A DNA stretch of 64,000 nt from Octopus bimaculoides. Its lineage: Eukaryota. Made by a program: the position numbers and the translations under genes. The stretch is taken from NCBI RefSeq assembly GCF_001194135.2, contig NC_068985.1:6586557-6650556 (forward strand), in the 5' to 3' direction. The first letter of the stretch is position 1, and every line of letters starts with the position of its first letter. Under the pieces are notes generated by a model, which searched no databases, was not told the origin of the DNA, and worked only from the letters and a program-made list of their open reading frames with translations. Shown here one piece after another: positions 62,342-64,000 of this stretch.

Positions 62342-62397
62342 AACAACAAACAAGATGAGGACAAATATCTGTCAATTGTAAATAATATAAATAATGT

Positions 62398-62590
62398 TTT
62401 ATTCTTTTATTTATTTCACTCATTTGACTGCAGTCATCCTGGAGCACCGCCTTTAGTCAAGAAAATTGACCCCCTGGAACTTATTCTTTGTAAGCCCAGT
62501 ACTTACACTAAGGGTTAGTTTTGTATAACCACTACGTAAGCACACCAACATGGGTTATCAAGCGATGGTGCGGCGCATACGCAGACACAC
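62398..62590 (-). mobile_element. SINE family A 3' half
   Basis: CATTTGACTGCAGTCATCCTGGAGCACCGCC...TCAAGCGATGG. Confidence 0.85.
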
Positions 62591-62671
62591 GAACATATAC
62601 ATACATATGTATGTATATATTCTTCACCACTAGCCGTGGAGCAGTCATTAGTTGCGAAATTAAGTATATTA

Positions 62672-62887
62672 AACCTTTCTGCTATAAGCACAAAGCCTGA
62701 CATTTGGGGGAGGGGGGATAAATGATTACATCTACCCTAGCGTTTTACTGGTACTTAATTTATCGAACCCAGGAGAATGAAGGCAAAGTCGACCTCAGTG
62801 GAATTTGAACTCGCAACGTTGCGACAGGCGAAATACCGCTAAGCATTTCGTCTAGCATGTTAACGATTTTGCCAGCTCGCCGCCTTG
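62672..62887 (-). mobile_element. SINE family B, full-length
   Basis: GGCAAAGTCGACCTC..GGAATTTGAACTC...CGAAATACCGCTAAGCATTTCG...GCCAGCTCGCCGCCTT. Confidence 0.9.
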
Positions 62888-63039
62888 AAATTTAGTATAT
62901 TAATGTCTCATTTATATAATGTTACTTCAATCTAATAAGTATATCTTGGACCAAAATGAAATGGGCTTGATTGTGAGACTTACAATCCGAGGTGTTTATA
63001 TGGTTGCGGGACATGGCATGTGGTTTTGATATGAAACCA

Positions 63040-63450
63040 CTTAACCGTTATTCTTGGTTATATGTGGATCGTCGTTTTAAATATTGTCACGTTAGCAGAT
63101 AAATTCGAGATTCTTATTGAAATTCCGATTACAATACTTTTTATGGTGTTTGTAGCATTATTGGAGAGACTGTTGATGTACTGTAGTATAAGATTCGGCT
63201 TATGGCTTGGTTGGCATGAGACCGTATTTAAATTTAGCGTAACATCGAAAATGCTGGCTATGTTGGTATTGGCTTCAAATAACGTATGTTATATTAGTTA
63301 TTGCGAAATTTTAGAATCCTTTGCTTAGTGCCTTCGACTGCTGGTTTGGATAATCCAGTAGTAGTGAGAGGAGCATCATCCCTGTATAATCTGCCTGCTA
63401 TTTCGAGGAAAGAAAAATAGGCAGTTCCACTGAGGTAAGTCCACTAAAGC
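63040..63450 (-). mobile_element. Penelope-like reverse transcriptase relic (second lineage)
   Basis: GRLYRDD (63389-63375); FEANTNIASIFDVTLNLNT..PSHKPN..YINSLSN..NTIKSI..ISIRISNLS, typical of the PLE RT C-terminal region. Confidence 0.85.
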
Positions 63451-64000
63451 AAAATGTGCAAGAAGAAACTGAGAATTTAAAAATATTTAATCCTTCCGTG
63501 TATTATTAGAGTAGCCAATGCAAGTGTTTCGAAGATCTTTCGGAAATAAATTAGTCATCCGTTTCGTTTAGGCAAGACTAACCAGACGCTTAAGGTTTTG
63601 ATAGGAATTACCAGTTCATTGACTGTAACTAAGCAATAGTAGTCATGTATTAAATATATTGCTTCTAATCAATTATTGATCATGAGCCCAGATTGATGAT
63701 TACATGTTTTATAATTGATAATATTCGTGTAATTTTTAGCAATTTTTACATGTTCTAATAGACATTACAGATATCTAAACTGATCGTTAATTACGAAAGG
63801 CCTTTGTATTTTTATTTTATGAAAGACAACACGATGCAAATTAAATTAACTATATTGAATTATGGTACCGCTTTTCTGTATAGGGACTAATAATGGACTG
63901 GCGTGACAAAAGCAGTCAATAAAAATTCATAAAATATATTTCTTTATGAGAGTCGATTAAACACACACATACACAGTCGCGTACACAAATGCATATATAT

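Larger units (their letters stand above)
61851..62397. mobile_element. Palindromic element: two head-to-head units of tRNA-like head, (AAT)n/(AAC)n and hammerhead-bearing Penelope-type tail
   Basis: Centre CAT|ATG at 62154/62155 with no spacer; arms are diverged reverse complements out to about 61880 and 62397. Confidence 0.85.

Noticed and set aside
63062-63328. 88-aa hydrophobic plus-strand ORF resembling a membrane protein
   Set aside because: In-register antisense of the PLE RT relic
1-64000. CRISPR arrays, rRNA or prokaryotic operons
   Set aside because: No regularly spaced repeat-spacer arrays, rRNA motifs or gene-dense segments; the DNA is eukaryotic and repeat-rich

Overview
AT-rich, microsatellite-dense animal genomic DNA from a draft assembly with 15 N-gaps, most flanked by simple repeats. 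The repeat families (tRNA-derived SINEs with internal TA/TG tracts, R4/Dong-type, RTE and CR1-type LINEs, Penelope-like elements) look like an octopus/cephalopod genome; this is inference from remembered repeat motifs, not a search. I found no host gene I can call with confidence, only weak exon candidates at 0.6-2.4 kb. The window is mostly decayed mobile DNA: about 25 SINE copies in four families, four R4/Dong-type LINE relics (three end in (TAA)n), RTE and CR1-type LINE relics, a DD37D (maT-type) element with TIRs, a Tc1 fragment, four Penelope-like (PLE) RT/GIY-YIG relics and a U6 snRNA pseudogene. The most notable signal is a set of type I hammerhead-ribozyme (HHR) motifs with self-complementary stem III: one fully canonical (4642-4690, minus), two near-intact (21119-21163; 62297-62341) and several partial. 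Three independent elements carry them as head-to-head inverted duplications, including a zero-spacer palindrome of about 520 bp built from two tRNA-headed, HHR-tailed units (61851-62397). These may be non-autonomous, PLE-mobilised self-cleaving retroelements. All ribozyme, family and mechanism calls were made by eye and need computational or experimental checks.
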